Shown here: piece after piece, positions 38,375 through 54,470 of the stretch
How positions within the stretch are numbered: the first letter of the stretch is position 1
Layout of the letters: each line of letters begins with the position of its first letter
From: Eledone cirrhosa
Taxonomy: Eukaryota
Assembly: GCA_964016885.1 (NCBI GenBank)
Contig: OZ024740.1
Span: 171,368,001-171,432,000 of the forward strand
DNA length: 64,000 nt
Direction of reading: 5' to 3'
Made by a program: the position numbers and the translations under genes
Notes under the pieces: model-generated
What the model was told of the DNA's origin: nothing
The model's database searches: none
Seen by the model: the letters and a program-made list of their open reading frames with translations, nothing else

Positions 38375-41300
38375 TATATATATATATGAGAGAGAGAGAG
38401 ATGGGTGTGATATTACTAGTTAAGACTAGTAAGACCATTATTCGATTTTTATACTCTATACTTAAGGAAAGTAAAGTGAGTTATTACAGGATAGGATGTC
38501 TGATGGTTCAGCTTAAATTGTTTCGATCAAAACAGTTTAAGCTTGACAGTCAGGCATGCTTCCTATAATATATGTATGAAATAGTTTGGTATTTGGATAA
38601 TGAAAACTTTCACTATATATGTGATGAATCCTAGAATATTATATAATTTCTCTCTATATACAAATAGCATATCTAAAAGTTATTACTGTTCTGTTTAGAA
38701 TGTTTCATAGTGTTTTTTTTTAGTTTCGTTTGTTTTGTTTTTGTGGGGGTAGCGTCCTTATTTATATATATATATATATTTATTAAAATAACTAATATAT
38801 ATATATATTAGTAAAGGAATATAATATATATAAAGGAATATAATCAATTCAATGAACATAGATGTAATCTTCATATACTTTAAGCTGATTTTAATTGATA
38901 GAGAAATAGTTTTATTAATTAAATTAGATAAGTATTTTTAGTTATGTCAGATATTTTACTGCTGTTGCTACAAACTACTATTTTTGGTTTTCTGTTAGGG
39001 TTGTGCAGTTCTACTGCTGTTATATACTGCTATTTGTGGCTCTCTTCTGCCTGTCCCTCCCCAAATATCTATTTTGGTCTTTGCTACCATCATCTGTACA
39101 CAAGAGGCAAGCAAGAAAGATAGATAAGCTTTTGACATGTTCCTTTAAAAGAATATTTACCAGTGCCATATTTGAGGCTGGTATTACGTAAATATTTGTA
39201 ATGAATTATCGTCATAGCATTATGAACATTACCGTACTACATTTTTATGTATTAACCTTTTTTGTTACCATATTTCTAATGAAAGATACTGTCTATTCTG
39301 TATTTAAAAAAAAAAAAGTTGAAAATAATCAATAATTAACTTTTTCATTATTAAGCTGGTATTTGGAAAATAACATAACAAAAGTTCTTACAAAATTGTA
39401 ATAGGTTTTTAGATAAATATAAACTCTTAAAAATAAGCAGTTTTGTATAATAGAACCAAAGGTGATTTTAGGTTGTTTGGAATGAAAAGGTATAACTAGT
39501 TTGCATTATCAAATACTATCTTTTTAATTTCACAATAGCTCTTTCCCTCTTATATAATTTTTTATCAAGCAATTCTGTAAGTTTTTACTATAAACATTAA
39601 TAATAATATTAATGTATATAATTGTTAGTTGTTGTTACAGTAATCTTAGTTAATCTGTTACACAGATCTATTTAGGTTACCATAATTTCAGGGGCTTTAT
39701 AATATATATACCTTTATTATTTCTTTATCATTTAATCTTTTACATTACATTATGATTATAATTACTATAATCTCACTTAGTATATACCATATATACGTGT
39801 GTAAAAGTTACACATCCATTTTACATTACAATATATTAGCAAATTGGCAGTCATTAGGGCACTGGAAAGAGCCATGTAAGAACTGTTTTCTCAGTAGATA
39901 AGTCGGATGCTTGTTTTTCGTATTGTACTTTCATGGATAAAGGTGTGACGTATTAACCAATTATTTGTTCTATGAGCTGACAGTTGGTTTTTATCATTAT
40001 CATCCATCCATTGTTGCATGCTTGCATGGGTTGGACAGGTCCTTCTCCATACAGCATCTCTCCACTTGTCCTTTGTTATGTAGTTACTAAGAATTAATAA
40101 ATTATTTATGGATTTTAGTTAATTTGGGAAATCAAGAAATTTGAAAGGATATAGTAAAATATCTAATTTTCCTTATTAAGCTGATTGTTAGGGTTATAAT
40201 TTAACAAATGAGCCTTACATGAAATTTTGACAGAAGGTTTTAATTTAAATATAAACCTTTAAAAGAGACTGTTTGTATCAGGATCAGAAGCAGTCTTGAT
40301 TTGATATCAAAAAGGTTAACTTATATATCTTACAATTTATTATTATTTTTTTTAGTATAATGTTTTATTTCTCAACTAAATATTGCTAATACTTTATAAA
40401 TAGCAGGTGTTTAATGTTGATATATGCAGACTAATACTGCACATGCAAATGAAGCCTATAATAAACTTGCAAATTGATTTGTTTATTGAGATTGTAGCTT
40501 TTAATACAATTATAGATATTACATGTACATCTAAAATTGTAACCTCACAATTAAGATATCAAAGTTTAACCTTTTTGTTACCATATTTCTGCCTGTGATT
40601 CCCAAATCATTTGGGAAATAATTAATAATTTAGTAATATTTAGTAAAACTTTCTTATAATTTAGCAAAGTATCCTATATAAAATTATGATGGGAAGTTTT
40701 TAGATAAATATATGCCCTTTAAAGTAAACAGATTTCTGCTATAGAACCAAGTGTGGTTTCAGGTAGTCTGGTATCAAATGGGTTAAGCTGGAAATTGGTT
40801 TATATTTTCTTTTTGGTTTTAAATTTATTAGAACAAATAAAAATATTGCACGATATTGTTTGGCCTTCGGTAACGCACATATATGATTTTAATATGGAAA
40901 TATAATTTATAGATGTATGTATTCATGAATATCCTCAATAAATAAGAGTAGGGTTTTATTTCAATAGTATGAAACATTCTTTGACTATCCTTGACTATGG
41001 TGGTAGTAGTCAATTAGAATTATGAACACCTTTCATACATGTTTGTACTGAATTTATACAGCTGATTTTGGCTTCAAGTCACATATTAAAATTTTCTAGG
41101 CTACATTTGAAAGAAATTTACTTTGAAATTTTGAATTGGGTGGTTTTAAAATTCTGAATCTACATTTTTTTATGAGTTTTTAAAACTATTTATTTAACTG
41201 TATGGATTTCTCACGTAAGGTAATGTTTTTCAGTCTAAACTGTTGTGCTATTGTTAAAAATGATAGTCTAACCTGGTCTTCATTTTAACTATCTGGATAC

Positions 41301-41995
41301 CACTTAAAATCATGAAAACTATAAAGCTATTTTGACAGTGCAAATTACTTTCAGCTAAGTATGACCAAGACTGTTGCCTGTAGGTATAGTCTAAGGGAAG
41401 TTATTCTTGTTACTTGCATTTATCGCTATAGATATTAATATAAATTTTTCAACTGGTGTTTGGAATATAACTTAACAAAGGTTCTTACAGAAAATTATGG
41501 TGGAAGATAAATGTAAATAACATTTTGTATCATTCATAAAAATAAGGATTGTTTGATATACAAAAGAGTTAAATATATAGCAATATTCTAACATATCTTT
41601 GACTTCAGAACCCAAAACAGCAATTGATTTGTTGATAAGCATTCAATGAATTATATTTTAAAATAATATCAAATTCCAATATATATATATATATTGAATT
41701 TCCAATACAAACTACCTAACTCAGTAAATTAAAAAGCAGTATGTAACCAATTCAAAAGAGAAAATAATTTTTCTAATCCCTTTAATAAATCCTGTCATAT
41801 TGCTAACCCTAACCCTACTTCTTAAAAACACAAATCAAAAGTTTATATATATATGTGCTACTTGGTAAACACAGGTTTGTGCTGAGGTGCAACTATACTC
41901 CGAATGCAGAAGCCAATGTCTTATCTGGCAGTGAAGTAACTCAGTAGGTCTTTCAGCCCCTTTCATCATGGCACCAGAGCCACCCATTGATGTAG

Positions 41996-42385
<390 letters not shown>

Positions 42386-45300
42386 TAACATCCTCTCATT
42401 CTGCTTTATGACATTGCCAAATATATTGTTATTGATTTGAATTTAGTTATGTTTTGTTTTGTTTTTTATCCTGGGGAGAATTATGGCTTGGCTTCACAAA
42501 CCAAGTTTCAGAAAGGGAAGCTGTCAACATCTACTGCAGGCTTGTTGGTGATTGACAAAACTAATACAGACAGGCAAGCCCAACCACAGCATCTACAAAG
42601 GAAATTTTGTTCTAGGTTTGATGCTGCTAAGTTGTGGTTCTTCCATTTCCTTTTGTCCTCAAGTCCAACTCTGTGTGCATTATCAAAGAAAGAGAGTAGG
42701 ACTAATAGATGGTGTGTCACTAGGCCTCACTATCTGAATCTACAGTAGTCTACTGGTGGTAGTCTGTGTGACTGGCACCAAAGGATTTCTAAAGAGTCTT
42801 TGTACCTTTTTTTATATAGGGGTTCTAAATATTGTCATGTTAAGTGTCGTCATAATCACACAAAAGGAACCCTTTCGGGTGTTAGGGGTTATGTAAATGA
42901 TATATAGATATTTTGTGCTATTTAATTCTACTTTAGTTGATAAATTAAATGTTGTAGTAATTATTTAGTTTTTGCAGAAGCTCAATATAAAATTTAAGAT
43001 GAAAACATCTATTTATTGGTCAAGCCTGAATTAACATTTTCATTGCCATATTTCTAATGAAAGACACTACCAATGATTTTCAAATAACTTTGAAAATAAT
43101 CAAGAATTTGGAGAGATTTAGTAAAATAATTATCTCATTATTATGTTGGACAAAATGTTTTGGGGTATTCGTTGTAAATTCAAACCCCTCCAGGTCAACT
43201 TTGCCTTTCATCCTTCTGAGATTGATAAAATAAAGTTGCCAGTCAAGACATGTGTTTAATATAATTGACTTTTCCATTCCCAAATATTTTTGGCCTCGTG
43301 CCTATGATAGAAATTATTAGGAAGGGCAGTGATGATAGAATTATGAACTAAGTACCTTAACATATTTGTTTAGTTTAATCCCTCTACATTCTATGTTGAA
43401 ATCCTACAGGGCTACATTTTGCCTTTTAGCACTTTAGCCCTTTAACATTTAAACCGTCCGTATCCGGCCAGAATTCTCTCATCTCTTTCTGTTCAAACCG
43501 ACTGTAACCAGCCATTCAATGTGATGTTAAGGTATTGTTCTCAACCTAATTAATATTGAAACATCATAGATTCGATATTATGTAAGATAATTATGTGAAG
43601 TAAAGCCTTGATTGTGAAAATATAATAGTATATAGAGAGTAATGGGCATGTGCTGGCATTCACTCAATTAAATATGGTCTCCTACCATACAAATTGCTGA
43701 TTTTTTTTCCTTGAAAATCAGTAAGTTCTTTAAATGCTGAGATAAAATATTCTCATATGAAGAAATTAACTGGAATAACTTTTAATGCTGTACCAGTTAT
43801 ATATAATTTGCCACTTAACATATATCTCTAATCTAGTGCATACATACTACACTAATATTCCTTTTCAAAGTAAAGGAAAAAGCTTCATATTAATTACAAA
43901 AATGTCCTTTACAACTACATTATGCAACTAAGTGCATCTAATGATACAAATTGTTCTTATATGCAGTCCTTGTTTTAAAATTTTAACCTACTTGCCTGGA
44001 ATATTAGAACTAGACAGTATATATTAACCTCATAGAAAAGAGGAAATGAAGTCGTTTTAAACAGTTGTAGAATAATATATCAGCTGGATGTCAGTGATTC
44101 AAGGGAAATAACTACTGTTTGCAAGCAATCTCATTTACTCTTACATGTTTTATTACGGCCTTTTCTTGAACATGTAAGAATGTCTTCACTATGCTGTACT
44201 TATACAGAATTTTACTTTTAAATTTTTTGGCATACCATAATTCTTTTTAATATTCATAATTATAACAGTGGTAGTTAATTAAGTTAAATAGACCATGCTT
44301 TATCTGCCATTTCATTTTGAATATTTCTTGCAGTGAATTTGGTAGTGAAGTTTGAAGTGGAAATTAAAAGCGTACTTTGGCTAACAATCATTGTTTTGGT
44401 TACTGTGATTATTACTAAAAATACTGTCTCCAAGAACTCACATATGTAACTCAGCAAAAAGTACATAAGATACCATAACCACTTAGTCTAAAATTCCTCC
44501 ATGAAAGCACTTAAAAAAATGAAATATGCCAATATTTATTGATAAAATAATTTGATGTATTAATCTAAATTTTTGTATATGTAAATATGTCACACATCAC
44601 CGCCCATCCACCACTGCCACTCTATTGTTATAAAATTTAGTTATAAAATTTAAAAAAACTAAATATGAATATGGTAGTCTACTGGATAGTATTTCATAAA
44701 ATATGCATTAAATACCTACAGTATTAGTAAGTTATATTACATGTCTTGGTTTTTAACAATTTAATTAAAAAACACTGGCTGATTGATATCACTTGCATCT
44801 AATGATTTTGGAGAATATTTTTTTCTATAGTTGGCTGCTCTTAGGTCAGATGTTCTTTTTTAGCAATGGTTGGAATAGATTTTTTTTTGTTTATTAGATT
44901 AACTATTATGACAGCTAGATATCATTCCTATTTACTTCCACTATGAAGTAGAAAGCTATTGCTAGTCAAGCAAACTAGAAAGCAGTGTTATGTGATTTAA
45001 CCAAACAAACAGCTAATTGCTTGTAGTAAATGCTTAGAAAGTTTCTCCACCAGAGATCCAAACTTTTAAATTTTAGAACATTTTATCCTACACTTGGAAT
45101 TTTCATAATCATAAATCCAACTGGGACCTTTAATGCTCAGCCACATGACGCTCATATGCTCTTCTTTTTGCTTCATTTCTCTCTAACCTTCATAGAGCTA
45201 CATTAATGCTTATGCCATGCTATCATGCAGCATTGTTTTTTTGTGCGTGATTCTTACTGTCTGCTTTTCTCATGAAAAAAGAAACCTATTGTTGTAAACA

Positions 45301-46857
45301 GGCGCAAACAGCTCTATATTTCTTACATTCCTTACTTTAGTTATAATGTTCTCACTACAATGACCTCCATTACTAATCACACCATTTGGGTAACAGACTC
45401 TCAACTACATCTAATAAACCATCTAAGCAGTTTATGAAATCCATTTCAATGGTATTCCTATGGCTTTCTACTTTCTTGTACCTTCTGTTTATTTTCTGCT
45501 TACATTAAATATTGAGTAGTAAGTTCATACTTATTCCCTTCTTATTTATCTAATATTTTCCAGTTGGTACTGTGGTTTCATTCTCTCTTTTACTAATAGG
45601 TAGTTTGGTCTTTAGATTTTTTGAATTTTAGGCAAAGTTTCCATGTCTGGAGCTTTTTCTGCTATTCTTTGACAGATTATATTAAGAGTTCTTAGTCATC
45701 AGCATTTAAAGTTTTCATTAGTAACAATGAGCCCAAACTCTTGTTAGTAGGTTAGGACTAACTTGTTGGTAAGCCTAACCTTCCTAACATCCTTTCAAAT
45801 GGTTAATCTACACTTAGTATACTACTACAGTGTGAGGGACCTTGTTAAAGTTCTTTTTTTCTTGACTACTTTCAAAGGCTTGGTCTATCATTTTGACTGG
45901 TCTGTAATTGCCTATCTTCAGTTCATCTCCTTCACCCTTATAGACAGTTGACTAATCTTACTCTCTCAGTCAAAGGAGATAACACCTTATTGAACTCCCT
46001 GATTGTATGAGCCAATAAAGTAGCTTCTATGTGGTTATTTGACCTTCTAGAAATAGCAGCCTCACCACTGGTAAATTACACCCTACTGTTTTTTAAAATA
46101 AAGAAGGACAATATGTTCTTTAGTCTGAGATGGATTATATCTGAAAAGATGGACTGGTCACAGCTCAAATGCCTTTAATCATAGATCTGTTGGATCAATA
46201 ATACAAACCTGATTAACCCATTTGATACCAAACCATCTGAAACTGCTCCTGGTATTCATACAAAATTGTTAATGTTTATCGAAAAACTTTCCATCATAAA
46301 TCTATATAAGCACTTTTGTTGAATTATGCTCCACACACCAGCTTAATAATGAGAAAATTAGATTACTTAAATCCCTCCAAATTCTTTATTATTTTCAAAA
46401 TTATTTCAAAGTCAGAGGCAATGCCTTTCATTAGAAATAGTTAAAATGCATGTAACTAACATGACCTGCAGCCATCTACATCTCAGCACCTATCTTAACA
46501 TATGTTACAACTCCTATTTCCTTATTTCTCAAAGTCACTCATTTATGAATACTTTTGTTTATGAAAGTTCAAGTAATTAACTCTATTTATTTACACTTGT
46601 GTGAAAAATAAAATTATCAATAGACTTCTTGTCGTCATCATCATCATCATTTTAACAACTGCTTTCCCTGCAAGTAGAGCTGGACAAGTCTACATAGACC
46701 AAGTCAGTACTGAAGCGGAGCTACTGATCTCACAAGCAGGCCAGGGATCTGTGCCAATAAAATATGATTTGGTTATTTTGAAGTCTAGTTGATTTAGATT
46801 TACATATTTGAATCCAATGGCATTGATTTCAAAGTATTATCCTGATTTCCAAAAGTA

Positions 46858-47082
46858 TTAACCTTTTTGAACTATATTTCTTATGAAATACACTTCATAT
46901 GTGTATCAATTAATTTTGAAAATTTGAAGAATTTAATGAAATAACTAACATTTTTCATTTTTAAGCTGATGCTTGAAACATTACCTAAAAATCTCTTAAA
47001 TAAAATTACAATGTAAGATTTTAATATATAAGTAGGCACTTTTAAAAATAAAAACCAGGCAGGTTAGTATCAAAAGGGTTAA
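46858..47082. mobile_element. ~230-250-bp TTAA-bounded MITE family (piggyBac-like ends), representative copy
   Basis: Ends TTAACC(C)TTTT...AAAAGGGTTAA with shared core CCAAACACCAGCTTAATAATG. Diverged copies at ~29783-29971, 31652-31889, 35787-36039, 39252-39494, 40066-40319, 40566-40786, 46213-46444, 48103-48450, 53587-54013 and 56420-56663. Confidence 0.7.
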
Positions 47083-47750
47083 CTTCATAGCTCTTTCTTA
47101 CTTGACTAATCTCTTTCAATCTACTCAATCTACTGTTTTAAGCTTGCCTCAGTACCAAGTTGTAATTGTCATCGGAAAATATGTATAGAACATTGTATTT
47201 CCAAAGATATATTGAACACAATGTCATTAAACTTCTAACATAAGTTAACATTCTTAGCTTATGGATTGAAGTATCATCGTCATCATCATCACTGTTTAAT
47301 GTCTGCTTTCCATGCTTGCATACTAAAGCTAAACCAATCAAGTGACTACGTCTTGCTTGTATGCTCTGTTTTGGGGTTGGTTTTTACAGCTGGATATCCT
47401 CCCTAATGCCAATCACTTTACAGGGTGGACTGGGTGTTTTTTGTTATGGCACCAAGAATAGACTGGGTGCTTTTTCTAAACCTAAAATAATATACTAACA
47501 TCTTATGCAATAAAATATTCTGGAATCATACTTAGATTGGTAGACAGTAGTAACTGTTAAATAAAAACCATCATCATCATCATTGGCTGATATTAGCAAA
47601 TAATGGCCTTATTATTTTGATACAAAGTTGATTCATCAACTTCAACAACACTATTGTTAGGATTTTTCTCTCAAGTTATTCATTATGTAAATGAGAACTT
47701 TTTTAAGTCCAGCCTAGATTAATCAATTTTAGTTTGAATAAAATCTTAAT

Positions 47751-48072
47751 GTATGGAGGCACATGGCCTAGTAGAAAGACTGATGATCTTAATGTCGCGG
47801 GTTCGATTCCTGGGCTAGCTTACGTGTTGTGTTCTTGAGCAAAACACTTCATTTCACGTTGCTCCAGTATACTCAGCTGAAAATGAATACCAGCAATAGC
47901 TGGCGGTTTAACCCTGTGTTGGACTGGCGTCCTGTCCAAGTGGGAGTATTGTACTCTGTCGCTTCAATCCCACGAAACTGACACGTCGGCCTTACATATG
48001 ATGATGCTTGTGGAATCGGCAGCTTAGGTTGACTTAAGCCTCATCAAGCAAGAGCAAGAAAGGATAGAAAGA
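47751..48072 (+). mobile_element. Full-length CORE-type SINE with a different 3' tail and a 14-bp TSD
   Basis: tRNA head (GGTTCGATTCC B box) and CORE-like block, flanked by AATAAAATCTTAAT at 47737-47750 and 48073-48086. Older related heads lie at ~24478, 35102, 50865, 60570 and 63928. Confidence 0.78.
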
Positions 48073-49079
48073 AATAAAATCTTAATTTGTAGAGAATAAT
48101 GTTTAATCCTTTTGATACCAACCTGCCTAAAGCTACCCCTGATTTAATGATACAAAACTGCCTGTTTTTAAATGTCCATACATATATTAAAGTGTTATAA
48201 TTTTATGTAAGTGCTTTTTGTTAAATAATATTTCAAACATCAGCTTAATAATGAAAAAATTAAGCTGTGTTACTAAATGCTTCATTATTTTCAGCCAAGG
48301 TTGACTTTGCCTTTCATCCTTACGGGGTCCATAAAATAAAGTACCAGTAATGCACTGGGTAATTGCTGGCCTTGTGCCTAAAGTAGAAACAATTATTTTC
48401 AAAAATAATTGAAATACAGGGGCTGTGTATTTTATTAGAAATATGGTAGGGGTTACTCCTGCAGGCCCATGATAGGCTACATGCTCATCTTAGGGTCCTT
48501 TTTTGAGAAAATGTTCCTTTTTTAAGTGGTTTTCCTGATATCAACCGTTTTAGTCGCCTCTTACAACATGCAGGGATACTCTGTGCCTATTCTAAACCTG
48601 ATGTACATAGATTATAAAGTAATACAATACTGCTATGTAAATTAGCTCAATTTTTATTTATAAACACAATACCTATCAAATGCAAATATTCAAAATATTT
48701 CAAACAAACTGTTCAGTTCTATCTTCCATTTTTCATGTAATTTCTTTCAATAGGGGAATTTAATAATTTGTAATTATAGTAATAAGATGTGTATATGGAA
48801 AATGTGACAAACTTCTGCAACCATGGTAACTAATTTATATTGGTAAAGGGAAATAATTGGTAGAACCCAATAGTTGATCAGGTTATAAGAGCAGATCAGT
48901 ATTTATGAATGAATTTCTAAAGTATAAAAGATATTAGACATTATAATCACTAATTTGAGATAGTGGGCCCGTTGCTATTTTCTAACAAGAAGTGATAGAT
49001 TGCCTGGCAAATGATAGGCAGTTTGAATCCCATCAATGAGCCTTTTTCTTTTTTTGCTGTTTAGTTTGGGGAAAGTTGT

Positions 49080-50040
49080 GCCTATGACCTTTGAAGGCTG
49101 AAATGGGCAGGCAAAGTATTATAGGATCTGTGGTAAGATGGGAAAACAATATAGATAATGAAAGAAAAGATGAATGAGTCAAGTAAACATGGTGACATGA
49201 TATCAACTAACTCCCAAGAAAAGTAGTCACTGTAGTAGCAGTAGAAAAGGCAGAGAGAAAAGAGCAGATTTGTGAGCCAGAAAGTGGAGTGCATTGCTGA
49301 GCAATTTCATGCCAATCAGTCAGGTGGCCTCTTTTGGATAAGGTCTAGGACAGCTGCATGTGTAGTTGTAACACTGGCCTAGATTCGGGAGCAATATTCC
49401 ATTTTGGGTTTGGTCTCATAGGGTAAGTAACTGTTGGGAGTTGATGTAGATATTTTCTGTCCCTTAAAAGGAAGGCCAGTCTTTGTGATGTAGTTTTTGT
49501 TATGTTAAGGAAGATAGATCATCAGTGAAGGTGAATTCTGTCACTTGAAGACAACTTTATTTAAGGCTTTAGTTGTATATTGTTCATGTTAGATGAAGGT
49601 ACATAATAGTTTCCTGATTAAGTGTAGTGATTGTGTTTTGATGCTGTGGAAGAAGACCAGATTGATATGACCCCATTTGAGGATGTTTTCATGGTCTCTG
49701 TTAATGGTTTCAATGCAGATTTAGCATAGGGCTGGAATGGCTCTTCCAGCGCATTTCCCTCACCATCCTCCGGGGAAATGTCTTCTCTATTCTGTGAAGG
49801 GTGGTGTCATTTGCATAAGAGTGGGGATTATTAAGAGATGATAGCAATTAGGTCATTGATGTTTGGGAGGAAAAGTGTCGCGGACAAAACTGAAACCTAG
49901 AATAGGCAAGATCTGACAGTGTGGGCTTGAGAGAACTCCATCAACATGTCTTAATCTGAGAGGGAATTTACCATTAAAAAAATAAGATATGGATGGAGCC
50001 CATAGACAAGCAGTTTAGCTAGGAGATTTGCATGCCAGAT
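49080..50040 (-). pseudogene. Decayed LINE fragment related to 33340-33660
   Basis: Minus strand contains PKMEYCSRI-like codons near 49385-49410 inside a GC-richer block with many stops. Confidence 0.4.
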
Positions 50041-50175
50041 ATGTTCATTTACTGTACAAACTAATTTGTTTTATTATATTCATAACTGTTATGCCAATTG
50101 TTTGACTAGTTAGAGCACAGTTCATAACTTTTTGTTCCATTTTTAGTATGAAGTTTCAGTAATAAATATTGTTAA

Positions 50176-50496
<321 letters not shown>

Positions 50497-52075
50497 TAAA
50501 ATATGATCTAAAATCTTTAACTTAGTTTGAAATCTCTAGTAGAGTTTTTCTTCAGAATAATGTTTCATAAATATGTAAAATATTTCTGGTTAAAATTTTA
50601 CGAAACTAAAATTACCTCCTAAATCAATATAAATCTTTGCCTTTTCAGTTTTTTAACCTCCTGTTCAGCTTGTAAACATTATTTGAATTTAGCCAGTAAT
50701 GTCTTGAAATATGAAAAAGTACACCCTCTCCCAAATTGCTTCCTTAAAAAATGAGGAACTTCTATCCCTGTTGGCAATGCAATGTTTGTATCTCAATATG
50801 AAAGATAGCCTACATAGAGCATATGTAAGAAATATAATATATAGTAGTGTAACATGTACAGTGTGAAGGCATGTGGCCTAGTGGTTAGGGTATTGGACTC
50901 ACAATCATATGGTCATGGATTGGATCCCTGGACCTGGCAGCTTATGTTCTTTCAGTAAATCATTTCATTTGACATTGCTTTTTAATGATAGGACCGGTGT
51001 CCCTATTCTTAAAACATCCAAGAAACCTCCTACGAGATGCTAAACCTGCATAGGTGTGAGCTGTAAGTTTCATTTCATTTCAACAGGCACAGTAAGTGTG
51101 GAAGATCTACAGCAATTGGAGTGGAATATTAAGTGTGGTTTGCTGAATATCTAATGTTATCTTATAGTGTGAATTGACAGAGGCTGGTCAATATAAACAT
51201 ATAATGTAAATTGATGATAGTGGATCTTCCATCATTTTAAACAATGAAAACTGTCATTTGATCAACTGGTTGTCTGGCTTGTGAATTAATGTATAAGGTT
51301 GAATCAGCATGACACATTATGTGACAGGACTGGACATTGAATTACAGGTACAATCCATCCAACAGGCTTCCACACAGGTAGATCAAGAAGAATTAGGAGG
51401 AAGTGGTTTTGTTAGACATAGAAGCATTATTCTCAATGAAGAAATAATGTTGAATTAAGTACACAGCTGAGAAACTGTAGTACAGACTTGTCCTGTCATA
51501 TATGTGTAAAAAGAACATAAACATAGTGATATCAGCAGCAATAGAAAAGAGAAAAAATGGATATTATAGAAGAAAAAAAAGATCAATGAAAATTTAAGAG
51601 AAAGTTGGTTTAGTGCAAATAAGTTAAACAATCACTTGAGTATTAGAAGTCTCAGCATTTGTATCCAAGTTAGACAAATGAAAGAAGAAATACCATAAGT
51701 TCATAGAGGGTTTGTAAAGTATAAAGATAAGCTAGAAGATAATTAATTAGTGCAAACTTTAGATGGTTAGGTCTCTCTGGTGATACGCAGGATATCGTTA
51801 GAGAGAAAATGGTGCATTGCATCATTGCACTCTCTCCATCCTGATTTATGCTGCAGAGATAGGTTTTACATTATTGATGAGAATGCAGATTGAAGATATT
51901 GTATGACCCTCACTTTCCTCTCCTCCTCCTCCTCCCTTTCTCCTTCCCTCTCTCTTTTTCTCTTTATCTCTCCACTCTTTTCCTCCTTATTAATTTTGAA
52001 CTGTTTTTATTAAATATATTTGAAGTTTCCCCAATTTTCTAACCATCAAACTTCTGTTCTGTCTGTTTCATCTAG

Positions 52076-52321
<246 letters not shown>

Positions 52322-54179
52322 TAATTTTGGCCTTTAACTGATGTATTCTTCTCTCTCATAAAATGCCATATACCACAACCCTTAGCATCAAAATATTGTA
52401 TGGGTAAGAATATCAAAGATGGGATTTTAAGTGTCATCACTATTCTTAAATCTACCTGGTTTATATAAAAAATAAACTTTTTTTTTAATGTATTATTTCT
52501 CTAGTTCTTATAGCTTTTGATATTTTTACTATCATGAACTCATTGCATTGATAGATTGATGTATTCATTAAACAAATGCACAACAATAAGTAATCTTATT
52601 GAGGTTTTTTACTAGCTATCCAATGCAGTATCTTATCATTTACTTTTAACTATATATCTTAGCTGCCATCCAACTTAAAGTTTGTTACCTCATATAATTC
52701 TTCTTTATTTTATGCTTCATGTATTCTATACAAGGCACCAACACAGTTATTTCTTTTCAATACATTGATCAGCTGTTTTCTCAACTTTCACTCAAACTTA
52801 CTTTCATTTTCACCTAGTGTTGGCTAAAATCTATAGATATATTCTGTAATACAGTATAGCATTAGAATACATGTTATCACTAACTTGCATAAACTTCCTT
52901 AGGTTCCTCTATTCAAACTCCACTTCAAGTGCTAACCAGATAGGTCTTTCTTGCATCAGAAGTGTTTCTCTAATAACCTATCAAAATAGTTTTCTTTTCT
53001 TACCTATTAATGCTAACAGATACTTTAGTGTATGTGACATACTTAAAAGATTTGTTTCCTGTCAGCCTAACTGCCTACTCTTTTCCTGTGTTTAGAATAG
53101 AACTAATTCTTTGATGATGTCTGACTTAGCAGCATCTACTTTTAATTATAACTTCAGATCTATCATTGCATATCTTGAAACAAGCTCTTTGACTCTGCTG
53201 CATAAAATAGCTTGTCTGCTTACAAAAATACCATGGCTTTTGTTATTAACGACTGTCATACGAACTTGCATGAAGAAAAGATGGTTGGTGTCAATGCCTT
53301 GATGGACTCTAATCATCATCACAGCATTTGTTTAAATGGGTCTTCTCCAGCACATCTCGGTACTTTGTTGCAATCCATTCTCTTTCGTGAAGTCCAGCAT
53401 TCTGAGATCAGACTTCATTACTACTTCCCATGCCTTCCTCAGTTGTCTTCTTCTGCAAAATCCTAATCTAAAACTTCAACTTCTCATTTAGTATACTGCC
53501 AATCAAACACAAAAGCTTTCTTTTACCATATGATTATTTAACTTGTTATAAATAGTTCAGATCTTTTAACTTATACCCTACTTTTGTAAGCCTTTCCTTA
53601 GCATATTTATAATAGAATACAATAATCAAGAATTTAAAGAGATTTAGTAAAATATCTAACTTTTTCATTATTTAGCTGGTGTCTGGAGCATAACTTAACA
53701 AAGGTTCTTACATAAAATTATGATGGAAGGTTTTTAGATAAACATAAATGTTTTAACCTTTTTGTTATTAACCTGCCCAAAACAGCCTTTGGTTGTATGA
53801 AAATACTTATCTTAAAGGATTCCAACCTATATATTTAACTTTTGTTATATTACAAATACCATCTTAATGAAATAATCAGTAATTTGAGTAAATCCCTCTG
53901 AATTATTCATCAATTAATTCAAATAGAAATATCATAATGAAAGGGTTGAAATAAACAGCTTTGTATCGTAGAACCAAGAGCAATTTCATGTAGTTTGGCA
54001 TCAAAAGGGTTAAATAAAGAAAGCTCAAATTAGTTGATGTAGTTCTGCATACTCCGAAAATAATGGAATGGTCATGGCTGAAATACCTCTTATCATAGGT
54101 CTGTTCTGGAGATAAACAGTAACAACTGCAAAATAGAATTTGTGTCAGTCAGTATTTGATTTCAACTATGATTGCTCCT

Positions 54180-54470
54180 CCATCAGTTTCAACGATGAGC
54201 ATTCAATGTCCAGCTTATAAATTAACATGTAAGTGGTTGAGTATTCCATGAACATGTTTTCCCTTATCATAATTCTGAAGCCAAATCAGCAAAATACAAT
54301 ATGTGACATGGCTGGACCTTTGAATTATAAGTACAATCCATCTGACAACCTTCTTCACGCTTTCTATCTACCCAATTTCACTCATAAGGCTTGGATGAAC
54401 TTGAGGCTATAATAAATGACCCTTACCAAAGTTACCACAGGACCTGATGATTATGAAGCAAGTTTCTTAT
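54180..54470. repeat. Old unclassified interspersed repeat, probably a SINE
   Basis: Shared blocks CAGTTTCAACGATGAGCATTC, AAGTGG(C/T)TGAGTATTCC and GGCTGGCCCTTT(G)AATTACAGGTACA(A/G)TCCATC also occur at ~31165-31365, 35240-35380(-), 35468-35620, 51240-51380 and 63415-63620(-). Confidence 0.6.

Noticed and set aside
45430-45960. Possible very old RT remnants here and at ~23770-24130 and ~52760-53230
   Set aside because: Only isolated motif-like codons; cannot be supported without a translated search.
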